DNA of 64,000 nt, from assembly GCA_951406725.2 (NCBI GenBank), contig OX597816.1, positions 59,272,001 through 59,336,000 on the forward strand, written 5' to 3'. The notes beneath the pieces were generated by a model. The model was not told the DNA's origin, ran no database searches, and saw nothing but the letters and a program-made list of their open reading frames with translations. Positions within the stretch are counted from its first letter, which is position 1. Each line of letters begins with the position of its first letter. Of the stretch, positions 42,001 through 57,000 are shown piece by piece. The DNA comes from Octopus vulgaris. Lineage: Eukaryota. The translations under genes and the position numbers were made by a program.

Positions 42001-45000
42001 CCTGTCCCTCTACCTTTCATACCTCCCTAATTTTCTAAACTCGGCCATTTTTCAAATGCACCCTAGACACCTCACACCAAATCTGTACTGAAACTGTGAG
42101 CAGAAACTTTGAAAATATTCTACAATGGAGTCGTGTTAGTTTTGTCACCTTCAACAATAAAAAAAACACAATCACTGCACTTATCAAGAAAACATTACCG
42201 CATCTCATACTCTTTAAATATGAACAGCAACTAAAACCCATATAATCAACTTGAAATGCTAGATCTTACTATTACAGGAGAGATCTCTGCAAAAGGACAT
42301 TCTCAACCTAGCAAAAACTACATTTCAAAAACTGGCCATTATCTTCAGAGCTAGAAAAATACTTCAGACCCAAACAACCACTGGTTCTTTACAAAACTCA
42401 TAAGACTTATATTAGAATATTGTCTCCATATCTGGTTCAAACCACTACACACACAAAGAAAAGTTACTCATTTACAAACCCACTCCAATCTTTGGCCCTC
42501 TTTTTACCTTTGCTATTAATAGTACACCAGTCTCTGTTCCTGATAACTAGCTAACCTTGTGCCACATCTACCCAGGGACTCCTGATTCACACATTTCTTT
42601 CTCCTCATTCATATTGTATCCAATCAACTAATATTGCCTGTCCATCCTGAGAACATCAACCATTCAGAACTCCCTTCATGCACATGTGTTAACCACAGCC
42701 ATACACTTGTGGCAGTTTAAGTGGAATATTACAAACATCAATCTCACTAGTCTCAAAAGTTTGAAAATCAATGTGTGCTGCACCTAACTCCAGAGCAAAA
42801 TAATGATAAAAAGTGCCATATGTAGTGAGAAGTACAACTGCTTTATACAGAAGATCTGAGAAGATAATGCATAAAAATAAATACTGAAGTTCAATAAGTT
42901 TACTGTTAACATACTTTTTCCAATGAGCTCATATCAATATCCATGCTTGAAGTTGAATCATCATTCAAATAGAAAGAATCTTGTGAACTTTGCACTGTAT
43001 TTTCTCCAGCTATGTCTTCTTTCAAAGAAGAAGAATCTCCATCTGAAAAATCGTATTTTTCATACAAACAAAATACACATTTTTACAATCATTTTTGCAA
43101 AGAAATTTACTGGAAAAGAAACATGCACTAATATTTCAGATAAAATATATAATTCACTCTGGTTCAACAAATCTTCAGGTGTATACAATGAACTTTTTTT
43201 ACAGTGACTAAATAGAAAACCATGCAATAAAACTTGACTGGCATGCCTGAATACAACAATTATGGCAAGAACATACTTAGGCTGTAAGACCTGAGGATTT
43301 TCTTTTTACTGTTCAGACCACCAACTATTATAATCAGCATCACTGATGTTCATCTATTTTGATTTGCTGCTTCGAGTTGGCTGAAACTTCAAATACTATA
43401 ACCAGGTTCTTCAGATAATGTCTAACTACATAATTGTAGCTATAGTCAAGAATGTGTATGTGTGTTATGAATAAATCAGTCAATAAAAAGATAAAACGGA
43501 ACAGAGAAGTAAGTCAAGCAAGCAGTTGAAATATCACAAGAATCTGTCCAAAATTTTTGCAACATGCCAGTTCACTGTATTAGTCTAAATATAATCAACT
43601 TCACTAATTATAAGTTCATTTCTTGCCTGATACTGAAAGTACTAAATAAAGAATGAAGTGTAATATTTTATTTCATTCAGTCTTTCAAACAATTTATGCA
43701 ATAAATTAGATTTATAGATTGATAAGGAAAATATGTAAGTAAATATATACCTTTAGTCGATAATTCTTCAAACATTTCATCCTGACTTCGTATACCAATG
43801 CTGCACAGCTGTAAAAAGCAAATTAATATTATTTTTGGGGAATTAGTAATAATAATTAGAGTGATTAAAAGTCAAACCATGATCAAGCAAATGAAAAGTA
43901 CCTCAGAATCTCGATTTCGACATACTGTGCATACATAGTCTGTCTGGCATTCATTGTCTTTAAAATGTAGTGAAAATGTACTATCTACAGTTTCAACACA
44001 TTCTACATGAACATACCTAAAAAGAAAAAAAATGACATATTAAAACAACTTGTAAACAATTATAATGTAAAAATACACAAGTAATAACAAATAAATTAAA
44101 ATGTTAATCAAATATCCAAAAAATTCATTCATAATATAAAATTAGCTTAAACAAAGTGAACTGAATTTTTGAATGTTAACACACAAATCTAATTTAAAAT
44201 GCTAACACTGACCATTGAAAAAGGTAATTTGTTCAGTTCTATATTTAAGAGATGAGGAATAATGTACATTATTTACATTTGACAGATATTTGTCCTTATC
44301 TTGTTTGTTGTTAACAGAGCGTTTCAACTGATATACCCTCCAGCCTTCATCAGGTGTCTTGGGAAAATTTCGAACCTGGGTTCTCATTCCTAAGGTATTT
44401 TTCAATATTCGTCTTATTATTATTATTATTCAGGTCACTGCCTGGAATCAAACTCGGAATCTTGGGGTTAGTAGCATATGGCATAGTGGTTAAGAGCGCA
44501 GGCTATTAACCCCAAGATTCCAAGTCCGATTCCAGGCAGTGACCTTAACAACAACATCAAAAAATACCGTAGGAATGAAAACCCAGATTCGAAATTTCCC
44601 CAAGACACCTGATGAAGGCTGGAGGTATATCAGCCAAAACGTGTTAACAACAAACAAGATGAGGACAAATATCCATCAAATGTAAATAATGTAAATAAAG
44701 GTAATTTGTTCACTAAAATTCTGGAAATTCAAATATTACAAAACTTTACTCACTTCTGACATATTTTACACTGCAGCATTGTCTTTTGAGTAAAATGCCT
44801 ATAAGCTTTTCCACAGAGAGGACAAGATAATCCTTTATTACGCTGTTGATAACAACTGTCACAAACGGAATAATTTAGGTGCCATCGAGAACTTGGTCCA
44901 CTACCAGGTGTTCGTGAACCACAATCTCCACAAACTCGACAATGCTGAAAACAATATAATATTAAATGAGAATTTCTTTTTGTCTTAATTTTATTAATTT

Positions 45001-48000
45001 AGACCCATTTTCCATGCTAAAATGTGTGGTGGTTTTCCACATACTTAGATGTTTTGGGTCTTTCAAGAGGTTTATGTGTGTAATAGAAAGAAATGCTGTT
45101 AAACATACTTAAAGTTCTACTTTCCAAGTACATGTCATTAAAACATCTTTTCCATTGTGTGCAGGTGTATCAAGATGGAAGCAAAAAGAATTGAGATCTC
45201 CGCTTGAGGTGCATAGAAAGGCTTCTGCTCACTGACTGTATGCAAGAACAATGTTGGGAGTGCTGTCATCAACTTCTCAACAACTTGAAGTGTCATGGCA
45301 ATCAAATTCTCGTGTTTGCTGCTGAGAAACCTTCATAATCAATCCAGTCATCAACAGGCAGAACTACCACATGATCAGCTTTAGCTGATCATGCTATGTG
45401 TCCATGACCAAGCACCTGGCTCAGTATCATGGCTTCGAATGGCGAGAAGATACTGCCAGTGTGATTCGCGGCCAGTTACAGGCTCACCACAGCTGACGAC
45501 AGGGACATCTTGGCCACAGAAGTCCTGCCCTGGGTGAGAAAGATCATGAAGAAGGCAGACATCTTTCAGCAGGATGGTACTCTGGCCCACATGGCCAAGG
45601 CCATGCAAGATTGGTTGGGGTCAAACATGAACTTCTGGTCAAGTCGCCAGACCTCAACCCACTCAACTACAGCGTTTGGGTGCATGTCAAGGGCAAGGCC
45701 TGCAAGGTCCGCCACAACAATGTTGACAAGCTTAAATCCTCCATCAACCATATGTAGGCCAGCATGAGGAAGGACGCTGTCCACATTGTACATGACATTC
45801 AGGTCTCACCTGGAGCACGTGCTCACCGCTGAGGGCAGCCACATTAATTAACATTAACATTTAAACCACATTTATATGTTAAAACAATAAAAGCATGTCT
45901 AACTGCAACTTCCTTATATTTTTATCCGGCCCTCATTTTTCCTACAAGCAGCCAGATTATCAATTGCATTAATTTCCTCACACCACAAACATACAAAGAT
46001 CATAGGCACTTTCCCACTTCTAATTAAATAATAAAAATAGGAAAGATTAAAAAATTATATACGATACATACTTTGCATTTCCATCCATTCTTTGGTGCTG
46101 CTGTCATCACAGGTTTTAAGCAAAATGTATGGTATCCTTTATCACAATTATCACAAAACAGCATTTTACTTTCCTCACCAGATTGTCTAGAAAAATACAA
46201 TGAAAAAAAAAAAAACAAACATTTAATATAACTTCAAGCAATAGTCTGCACTCATTTTTAAAGCAATATAAATTTGTTGAGTATTCCCTATAAAAACATT
46301 ACTTTTTAATTAATACAAAGGACGTCAACAACGTAGTACTTTGTATGAACAGCTATGGTGAAATTTCCAATTAATTTTTTTTTTTAATTCTTTACAGTTT
46401 TAATTGCAAAGAAATGGAAAATAAATTAAATTTTCTCTGTCAGCCATTCATTTACATATCATGGCACTAGAAAGAGGGAGGAATAAATGTTAAAATCATG
46501 AAAATAATAAAGAAACATCAAGAGTTGAAAAGTGGTGAGATATAGAGAAACATTCTAAATTATCTTGTCACTAGACCGACTAGAAATAGACGTACTAACG
46601 TTTGAGTGATACCATACTGTTTTTTTCTCCTCCAGTCTTGCATTTAATCTCTCTCTCTCTCTCTCATTCATACTCATTTCTCCTTGTCTCCTGTTTGCAA
46701 CTCCTCCTCAATACATATTGAAGAGAGATACTTTTTCTTTTTCATTCCATTTTGCTCTATTCTCTCTCAGTCTTTTAAAGTCATCTCTCTTAGTTTTCCT
46801 GTTTGTGAGTTTCTGTTACAGAATCTCTCTCTGTTTCTCTCTTTGTCCTCTTTGCCAGTCCTTTACTTTAGTCTCCTCTCTGTCTCCCCCCATACAGTTA
46901 TGTCAGTCACTCAAAATTAAAGCCAAAACTATCCAGAAATAACTGAGGAAGTCCCAACTTTCCATTTCTGGTCAGACTTTAGTAAGAGAGTTAAGCGAGA
47001 ATATTGTTGTTGATTGAGTTGAATGAGTGATCAGCAGTTTAGTGAGAGAGCAAATTAATCCAGAATGCATATATAAACAGATGACTGAGTCTTAGTAATT
47101 TAAACAACTCTTAACATTTTATTACAAATGTGTTCAAAGCAGCAAATTGAATAGACTCTTAAAATAGTGAAACAAAAAGGAGTTTGCAGTTTTCCACCTT
47201 TGAAGGTACACAGGAAGATGCCTGCAAAAAATATATGTAAAGACTTACTGACATTTTTGTGTAGTATCACAAAAGGATTAGCTGAATACATAAGGCTATA
47301 CATGATGGCTGTACTTAAGTGGAGTTGCCATGCTAGTGATTGAATGTAGAAGAGATGTGCGTTGCCATCACATTGGTTGAAAAATCAACACAGACAGCAC
47401 AGCAAGGACTTGTTAACAGATCAAATTCGAAGCACCAACTCCCATGAGGCAGTTAAATTTTAGGCATGCAGAAACAGGCAAATCAGAACAAGGCTAACAC
47501 AAATAATGCGCCCACAACTATGTGAGGGCTGCATTGCTCAATATGGTGTCCAACTACGCCAAAGGGAAAATAATCCCAACATGTGGCTACATAGTGCTCC
47601 TAGAAGACTAACTTTTAAGAAAATAAACAGTAATTGTCACTTTTGTCTGGTAATAATATCAATCCCTCTCCTCAAAGAAGCTATCAGGAGTATATACAAA
47701 ACGTATGTACCTATTAAATTCATAGAAAAATATTCAACAAAATCAAAATTTATATGTTTCTTCAACAGATACCATTTAAAACTATAACAAGTGACATAAT
47801 TGTGTCTTTGGAACTTTATCACTCACACTTGATGACAATACCTGTACTTTTCGTGAAGAAGCCACACTGCACATATGCAACAGGTGGAGTATTTTCATTA
47901 TTTTATTCCTAGCACCACAATACGGGAACATTAAAAGAGTATCCCAACTAACTGGATCCCATTAATGAAATGTAAATTCAGGTCCATCACAAAAACAATA

Positions 48001-51000
48001 ATGAAATTATTGTTCTTCTATCCACCATAAGTACATCTCATAACTACATCACACATTTCTACCAGCATGTTAGCACATACACAACAGAAAGGCAAAAAAG
48101 AAAAAAAAGAAGCCATATGTTAATCTGATTTTTTAACAAAATTCACTCATGTGTCTAACAGCAAAACTTTGAAGGGTTGAATTTCACAAAGGAAATGTAG
48201 AGACAGGATAGAACTTAAATGTAAATATTACTAAATGCATCTGTATATGTAGCAGTACTGTACCCAATGCAGAAACAAGAGTAAATACTCTATTGTGATC
48301 CTCACTTGAGCTTTGTTGAGTATCACAAATTGATGGAAGCAATTTTCAGGATGCAGTCCTAGCTAAATACAGCATGTGCTTTTGCTAGAAGGAATCCTCA
48401 ATGACAGCAAGGTTTAACACTGAACAACTGATTGCTCTAGTTTGAATGCAGCTCATATTTAATGGAGTGCAGTGGGGTTTTATTAATAGGGGGCATTATT
48501 AGAAGTCACAGCAAGTATAATGATTAATGTAGAGGCTTTCTTGTTGGCTCATGCTCGTAGTGTGTAGATTGTTGTTGTGGCAGTTCTCATAGAATTAAGA
48601 GCATATGTATTGTAATTTCTGTGTAGTGATTGAATCTTGAATTGAAAAATAAAGGAGGGAATGGAAGACAATAAGCCCAAAAGCATGACAGAGTTTACTG
48701 AAAGTGGAATGGAAAGAAACTTTGTCAACACATCACAATGGTGCAATCTGATAGGAAGCTACTGATTCAAGAAATAAGAGATGAAGGGAGACATAAATGT
48801 GAAATTTCAATAAAAGATTCACAAACCAGATACAGTTGAAAACTTTGCTCATGTCTAGAGCAACAACACTGTTTTTACCAAATAGGTGACATAATTAATG
48901 TATGGCAAATTGGGACTCAACATTTTCTCTTAACCAATGAAACACTCAATTTTTCATTCCACATATATTAAAGAAATAGAAAAGATTTGAAAAGTATTAA
49001 CTTACTTGCAAGTAAGACATATTTTACATCTTGGACACTGCCACCCTGCTCGCACAGCAGGTTGAACTGCTACTGCTGGTTGTAAACAGTGGCCATGATA
49101 ATGACCACCACAAGTAGTGCAAAATAGCAAAGAACAATTGCCAGACCATTTGCTACATGCAATACAGAGAGCCTGTTGACCAGCTGTAAATGAAATATAT
49201 GTATAATATCTGAATAATTTGTCGAGCTAATAGAAATAAAATTAAAATTTACGAACTCAGTATCAAACATTTAGTTGTGAATAAATAAGAAAACTGAAAA
49301 AATCTTATGAAATTCTTACCAATGGTCTCTGCTTGGTCAGTGTGTTCTGGGCAGAGCAAAGACGGCCCTTTGATATCCTAAAATTTTGAAAGTACATACA
49401 ATAACACTTTTATGAGAATTTGACCATACAAAATATCTACATGATCAGATATTTAAGTTCAATAATTAAATCAAACATTACAAAATGAACATTTAATCAC
49501 AAATGCCACTATATTCAAAATACCTTCACTTAATATTATGTTACCAGTTGAAAACTAAAATATAACCTTAAATAACAAGAAAAACATTTCATATTAGATT
49601 AGCCTATTTTAAAAAAGGAATTCAAAATTAATCTTAAGTATGCAAAACATTTAATTGAATTTAACAATATTTTTAAATATTGGTCTTAAATTTTGCACAA
49701 GGCCAGCAATTTTGGGGGTGGGAGTAAGTCAATTATATCAACCCCAGTGCTCAACTGGTACTTATTTTATCAATCCCAAAAGAGTGAAAGGTAAAAGCTG
49801 ACCTTGGCAGAATTTGAAGTTAGAATATAAAGCTAGACAAAATACTGCTAAGCATTTTGCCTGGCATGGTAATAATTATACGAGCTCACCACCTTGTCTC
49901 AAAAGATATATTCAAATAATTGACTTACTTGGAAACATCCACTGCTAGCTGCACATGGATAATGATATTTTTTCGTACAACGAGGAATTCTGCAAGTTAT
50001 TGTTGCGCCGTATCGATGACAGTAACTGCATTTCTGTAAAATTTGTTTTTAAAATGAACATTTGCTGTAAATTGTCTAAATAATATTCACAAATTAGTTT
50101 CAACATCTAGTTTTCCCACTCTAACTCTTCAAAAAACTAAATAAACTCAGAAGCTGGAAATGTTGCCATTTTTAAGTCTAAATCAAGAAATCTGCCCTTC
50201 TGTTCATGTCTAACTTATTCTTTATTTTTCAATTCAAGATTCAATCACTACACAGAAATTACAATACATATGCTCATAATTCTATGAGAACTGCCACAAC
50301 AACAATCTACACACTACGAGCATGAGCCAACAAGAAAGCCTCTACATATTCACTTGACCTTGTAGAAATAGAAGCCAAATTTTCCTCAAACAATATTCTA
50401 TATCTTAACAAAAAGGACACATTTCCCATAAAAGATCATCATGAATGGAATGCCTTTGTTCATATGTCTACTCAATCAGAGCTGACATTAGGTTAAAAAC
50501 AATAACAATTAATTACCAACAACCATTAAATAACTTACAAGAGGGTTTGCTAAATAAAAACATACTGCAAACAGAACACTTTCAACCAAAACCGGTATAT
50601 CTTCTACTTCTTACTCTTCTCTCTGTATACTCCAGACTTTCCTTAGTTTAGACACATGGCCACCAGTTACAATAATTCCTTTAGTAGCTAAGGTCCCACA
50701 AATCAATGGATCCTGGCAGTATTTCAGCCATTATGAAATAGTATACTCCCAAGTTGACTCTTAAACTCACTATGCTTTTTTTAGAATTTCTTTCTCTTAA
50801 GAATTTAATGTAAAATATGAAAGCATATTCATTAGAAAATCTAATAAAGCTGCCTACTCTCAGTTTCCATCTAAATTGTGAACTATTTGTCAAGTTGTTC
50901 AATTGCAGCATGTGCTGATGAAAATCTGACTACACTTCATTTACTTCAGTTCCATCATTTCTTTATCATTCCTAAAACAGATACCAACACACTATATAAC

Positions 51001-54000
51001 CTCTAGCTATACACACTCATACATAAATATCCACATGCTACAGCTCACTTTCAGCCAACCCCTACCACCGTCATCATGCACTATTTTCACCCCTATATAT
51101 TTCTGATATCACCCTGTCACTATGCCTTCCCCTCACACCATCCCAAATTATCTGTACTGCCATCTACCATCTCCCCAACCCACCCTATTTCCTCTACCTA
51201 CATTCACCTGTATTCCCATCTCTATCAATGTGCTACTCTCCTTTCATATTCTCACAACCTTACCTACCCAGCCACTATTCAAACCTGTTCTACATCTCTC
51301 TTACACTCACCTTCTTTTCTCTCTTTCCAGCTGGAGTAGCCATGTATCTCCTCTACAGCAAGACACCCGTTCCTGGTAATCTTACTTTAGCCTTTCATCA
51401 CCAGGCATAAAGCCACCACTTCTCAATACTACAGCTCAATTCAGTAATGGGATCTTGTCTTGCAAGTTACTCGGTGGCTTCACTAATGCCACGGTCACAA
51501 AAAAGCACCCAGTATACCTTGTAAAGTGGTTGGAATTAAAAACCACACTAAAGTATATATATTAGATCCCAATGCAGTCCTCTGTTTCATCAAAATCCTG
51601 TTGCATCATCCAACCCATGCTAGCATGGAAGATAAATGCTAAATGATGATAGTGTGCATATTCTCAATAATTCCTGCTAGAGCTTATAGCAGCATTCTCC
51701 ACTTATTGAATACTGCTTCATAAGCGTTTTCTCTTCAGTAAGAAAATACAGAACAAATAATAATCTTAAAATACCAAACTTAGGACACAGAGTGATCATA
51801 TACATATACATATACACAACTATTTTAGCATTAAGCCATACTTTGTTTCTGTCTTGTATACTACTATAACTATACTCTAATAAATTTTATTCCATTTAAT
51901 ATGCTAATTATACCACTCCCACCTCAGCTCACTTAATGCATCTATTTCTCCTCCATTCTATCACCCTTCAGAAACTTAATTTTAAAGCCTATACTACCTT
52001 GCTCAATTGCTCCAACTCATACTCATGTTTTCCTTCTAATTACTCGCCTGCAACAATGCAACTTCACTTGTTTATATTTATATAACACAGTCTACAAAGA
52101 TTTATTATATGAGGAAATAGCAGTGGTCATAATTTTTTTTTATAAATCAATTTTCAAATGCTAATTAATATCTCTGTATCTACAAAGGTTAAATTGAATC
52201 ACAGCACAAAAAAGGTTTCAAATCATAATACACAACTTAATTGCAAACCATAGTTTAACTCATTATATCAATTTTTCAAATCCTTAATATCTCACCCTCT
52301 GCTTCTCGCCTTTACAGCTCAATTACTTCATACATGGTATCTCTGCTTGTTAAGATGCTTCATGTTTCATATACAATTAGTTGTATAACTTATAGTGGTT
52401 TTCAAAACAATGTTTTACATTATACATATTTTTCAAATGATTTAACACAATATTTAGAATTTCAACGTAATTTTACATAGAAATTGTTAATGATTTTTAA
52501 AAGAAAAAATTACAAAATGATTTACCTGTGTCAAACCGGCAAAAACAGCTCTATCAACAAACTGCAAGCTATCATCATCTCTCATTGTTACACCCTCAGA
52601 CCAACATGCACAAGACTGATGACCCCATACATGTCCTGAATTAAATAAAAGGCAATTGTATCAAAATATAGCTGATACTTTATAAAAATATATTAAAAAC
52701 ATAGGTTTTCATGCAGCTTCACCACCTACATTTATTGCTATTGTTCAATCTTTCACTCTCTTCTCAATTTCCTTTTGTTGGCATATCACTTTCCCAAAAT
52801 TCCAATATTATTTCCCCAAATCTTGTCCCCTTCTCCCATCACTCCACTTAAGCTATTTTTTCTATTAAATCTCCCTATCAACAATTACTATCTAATTACC
52901 CATCACTGTTTTTTCTTCCATTACTCCTCTCCTACATTTACACTATTATCACTGTTCCTCCCATTATAGCCATACTCAAAACTCCTTTCATACTCTCACT
53001 CTACTTCACTATATGCCATCATCCTCTCTTCTACTCGCCCACTTAGTAATATCTGCCTTGAACAAATGGCAAAAATGTAAAGTAAAGAGGACTTTTAGCC
53101 CTGCACACAACAAAGTAACCTTCTTAGTGCTGATGCTATGGTAAAGTATATTCAGTACACTCTACAATTTGGTTAGCAGAGACAATGTTGCGTCAAAAGG
53201 ATTCTTTTGTCGTACTGAGGACATGATAACCTCTTCAATGCTAGTGATGTAATAAAATGCACCTAGTACATTCTGTAAAGTAACTGATGTTAAGAAGAAC
53301 ATCTAACCACAGAAACTACACCAAAGATGGAATATACTACCCAGATGGTTCTTCACACACCTAGGAGGACAGTAACTTCACATGAAAACTGACTTAGAAT
53401 ATAATCCATGCCAAGAAGGTAAATGAATGTCAAAAGGTGGTGGAGGTGATGAAGATTCTTCTATCAAATTATTGAAAATACTAACATAAATCATAAGAAA
53501 ACATTTTTACAGATTTAAATTATACTACAGTAGCCATGCTAGCCAAGAAAAAGGGATTATAAACAGTGAAAGAAAGATAAACCATACACCTTTCATATCT
53601 ATGAACTTTTAATTCACATTCAATCACAGTTAAAAAGGATAATGATCAACACATCCCCAATAGCTGCAGATCCTTCTACTTGAGGAGAATATGTTATTAT
53701 AGTCGTTTTGTATCAATAACCTAAACAAATAAATTTGTTATTTACTAATTATATCAATTTTGTAATCCCTTCACCTCTCTGCAAATTATACCATCCCATT
53801 CCAGTTCCATAATTAATACTAATCCAAAAGTATCACATTGAAATACCAGTATGGCTGATACATATAGTCTTATTCTCATATCATGTAAATAACTGCAAAT
53901 TGCCTGCTTTAATATATTTTTAAACTTCTGGTTATCTCATTGCTCTTATAATATCAGCTATTTTATATGACCAGCTTGCTGAAAAGCAGTACACAAAATA

Positions 54001-57000
54001 CCAAACAAAAAATTTTTTTATGAAATTCACAAAGAAATACAAAAAAAAACTCCAATTAAGTTACCTGTTATTTCATAAACCTGATGCACATCTACATCTT
54101 CTGAATGACCAACCAAACTAAGTTCATCAACAATTGCCATGGGCCGTCCATCTTCATCGTGAATACTATGAGGATTTGGACGTCGTGGAGATTTACTTCG
54201 CTCTCTACAATCACAAAATTACATTGAGAGTATATATTACAGTTGTAACATTTCCATTAAATTAAAAACTTTATAAAAATGAATAGAAAAAAAACAAAAT
54301 TTTTATATAAGAAAATAGTCAGTGCTTAATAATGATTAAGTATTAACAGAGAAACAAATGTTTATACATCCTCATAAAGGAGCATATACTTAGAACTCAA
54401 TTATTAAGTAAATCATCTGTCAAAACAAAAATTTAAGTCTGTCTGAAAACTATAGGATCATGCGGTGGAGTAAGCTCCCAGTTTCTCAGATGTTTAAGCA
54501 ACTAAGTTTCCTCCAGAATGGGACACCAGTCCACTGCAAGATTAAACAACCCCCTCCCCAGCCACTGCTGGAGTACACTTTAGCTGAAGAGACTGGAGGT
54601 TGCTCAAGGAGACAACATGCCACTCAATCTGGGAATCAAGCCGATGACTTTACAAACATGAATGAGCTTAACACCCAAGCTACACCTTAAGCTTAATTTT
54701 GAACAACAGGTATTACCTAGCAGGTCTAGATGGGCCTCTAGGTCTTCTCCATGTTAAGTGCTTTGGATTTCTGTCATTTCCTTTTTCATCAATTTCTGAA
54801 GATGTTCTCCTTGCTCGCTGAAGTATCCGCTTGAAAGGATTAAATCCAGGGGTTGGGTCATATTTTGACAATATTCCTTGACCAAGTAAGCTATTTTCAC
54901 CACAGTTACAAAAGGAGCATGTACGACTATTACTGTAAAATGAAAAGAATCAAAGAAAATTAATTCACAAGATATTAAAATCTAAAAATTATACATGGAA
55001 TGGAATTATATAATTCTACTTCATTAAAAACAAAAATACTAGTGATATCACAGCATGAATACTAATAAGCTATTCAAATTAGAATATGTATTTTAAAAAA
55101 ATACTTAAACATACGTGTTTTAATTTATCGCATTTTCCAGCATACAAGTCAATTTTTCAGACCCAAATTTACAGCCAAAAAAGTAGGTCAACTTATACAT
55201 CAAGACAACTTTAGGGGACCAAGCAGGATTTGCAAAGAAAGGGATAATGTTTCAATGTTTACAGTACATTTATTTTCATACTATATACTAGATCGATGAG
55301 TATGCCAGAAAATATGATATTTATACTGAAGATGTGAAAATTACCTTAAAATTCCACTTGAATTCGAATCTTCAGAAAGCTGCCTATCAGAAGACTGAAT
55401 AATGCTGTTATCAATAGCCTCAACACAAGGATTATCTAGAAGCATTAAGAAAAAATTATTTTTTCAATAGCTATGTATGTTGGTGGTTAGTTTTTTTTAG
55501 ACATCATCCACTCAACTGAATCTTTCTCTAGGTTCCTTTATCTAAAATACATGTATGAGCAAAGATGAGAATAAAATAATAGCAACAAAAATTCTATTAC
55601 AAATTGAACATATATTTTTTAAAAAAGCAGTTTCTTATAATAGTGTAGCTATTTCTATATCAAGGTGAAGAAAAATAGCAACTGTTGCTTATCATTGAAT
55701 ATATTAAATATATTAATTTCTTTTGACTTATTTCAATAAATCAGAATTACAGGAGAAAGTGTAAATGAATATTGTAATATCTAGGCATTTCCCGAAGACA
55801 ATGTAGCATAAGTAAAATGAAACAACCACATCTGGGAATCAAAAGTAAATCATATAACATTTTATACTAGAGTAACAGGAAATAGTATTCAACAGTTCTC
55901 TTGATTCTTGGATATTAAAATATTACCAAAGTTTTAAAATTGCTGAAATGAATGTACAAATAGTGATTATCATATACAAGCAAGAGATGGAAACCTATAC
56001 AAGAAATACATATCTAACTATTGCAGTAATTATATTTTCTGATGATAACAGTTTTCAACAATGGTTTTATCACTAGAGAACCACATCTGGGAATCAAAAG
56101 TAAATCATATAACATTTTATACTAGAGTAACAGGAAATAGTATTCAACAGTTCTCTTGATTCTTGGATATTAAAATATTACCAAAGTTTTAAAATTGCTG
56201 AAATGAATGTACAAATAGTGATTATCATATACAAGCAAGAGATGGAAACCTATACAAGAAATACATATCTAACTATTGCAGTAATTATATTTTCTGATGA
56301 TAACAGTTTTCAACAATGGTTTTATCACTAGAGAACAGCAATCAGCAAAATAATAAATTGATATTTGTTGCCTTTTTACATATGAACTTTCTTCTGTGGC
56401 TTTTCAAGTTAAAAAAATTACTGTTGAAACAAAATTGTAAGTTCACCCAACGACAATTGAATCAAGCAGTGCTAGAACTGTTTGACAAGACCTGGCCTAA
56501 AAATTTAATCTAATTTGAGTTAACTGAACTTCAGGGGAAACTAATTATTCCAATCATTTTATTTTGCATCATATTAAGAAAGTACTTCCCACAAGACATT
56601 GATGGAGACAGCTTCAAAGGATTTGGTTGCAAATACCGTAATGTAAATATTCTGCTAAATTACTGCCAAAGTTAATGAAACCTCAAAAATAAAGCATGAC
56701 TGATGACTCAAAACAATAGACCGGGGGGAAAAATAATTGGTTAATTTAAATCACTATCAACAAAAGATTAAAATTTTCAATCAAGAAATGCAATAAAAAT
56801 TAATAAAACAAAACTAAATACTATTTTTCTAAACAATTAAGATCATTAATAAAAATTACCTCCAGATGGTGTTTCTGATAATTCTGTCTCAGTTGATTCA
56901 TCAGCAAGGATATCATCAAGAATTGAACTTGGAATAGCTTCAGTTGTTGTAGGAATAGTAGTAGATAAACTAATAGTAGTAGAATCTTGAAGTTTGAACA

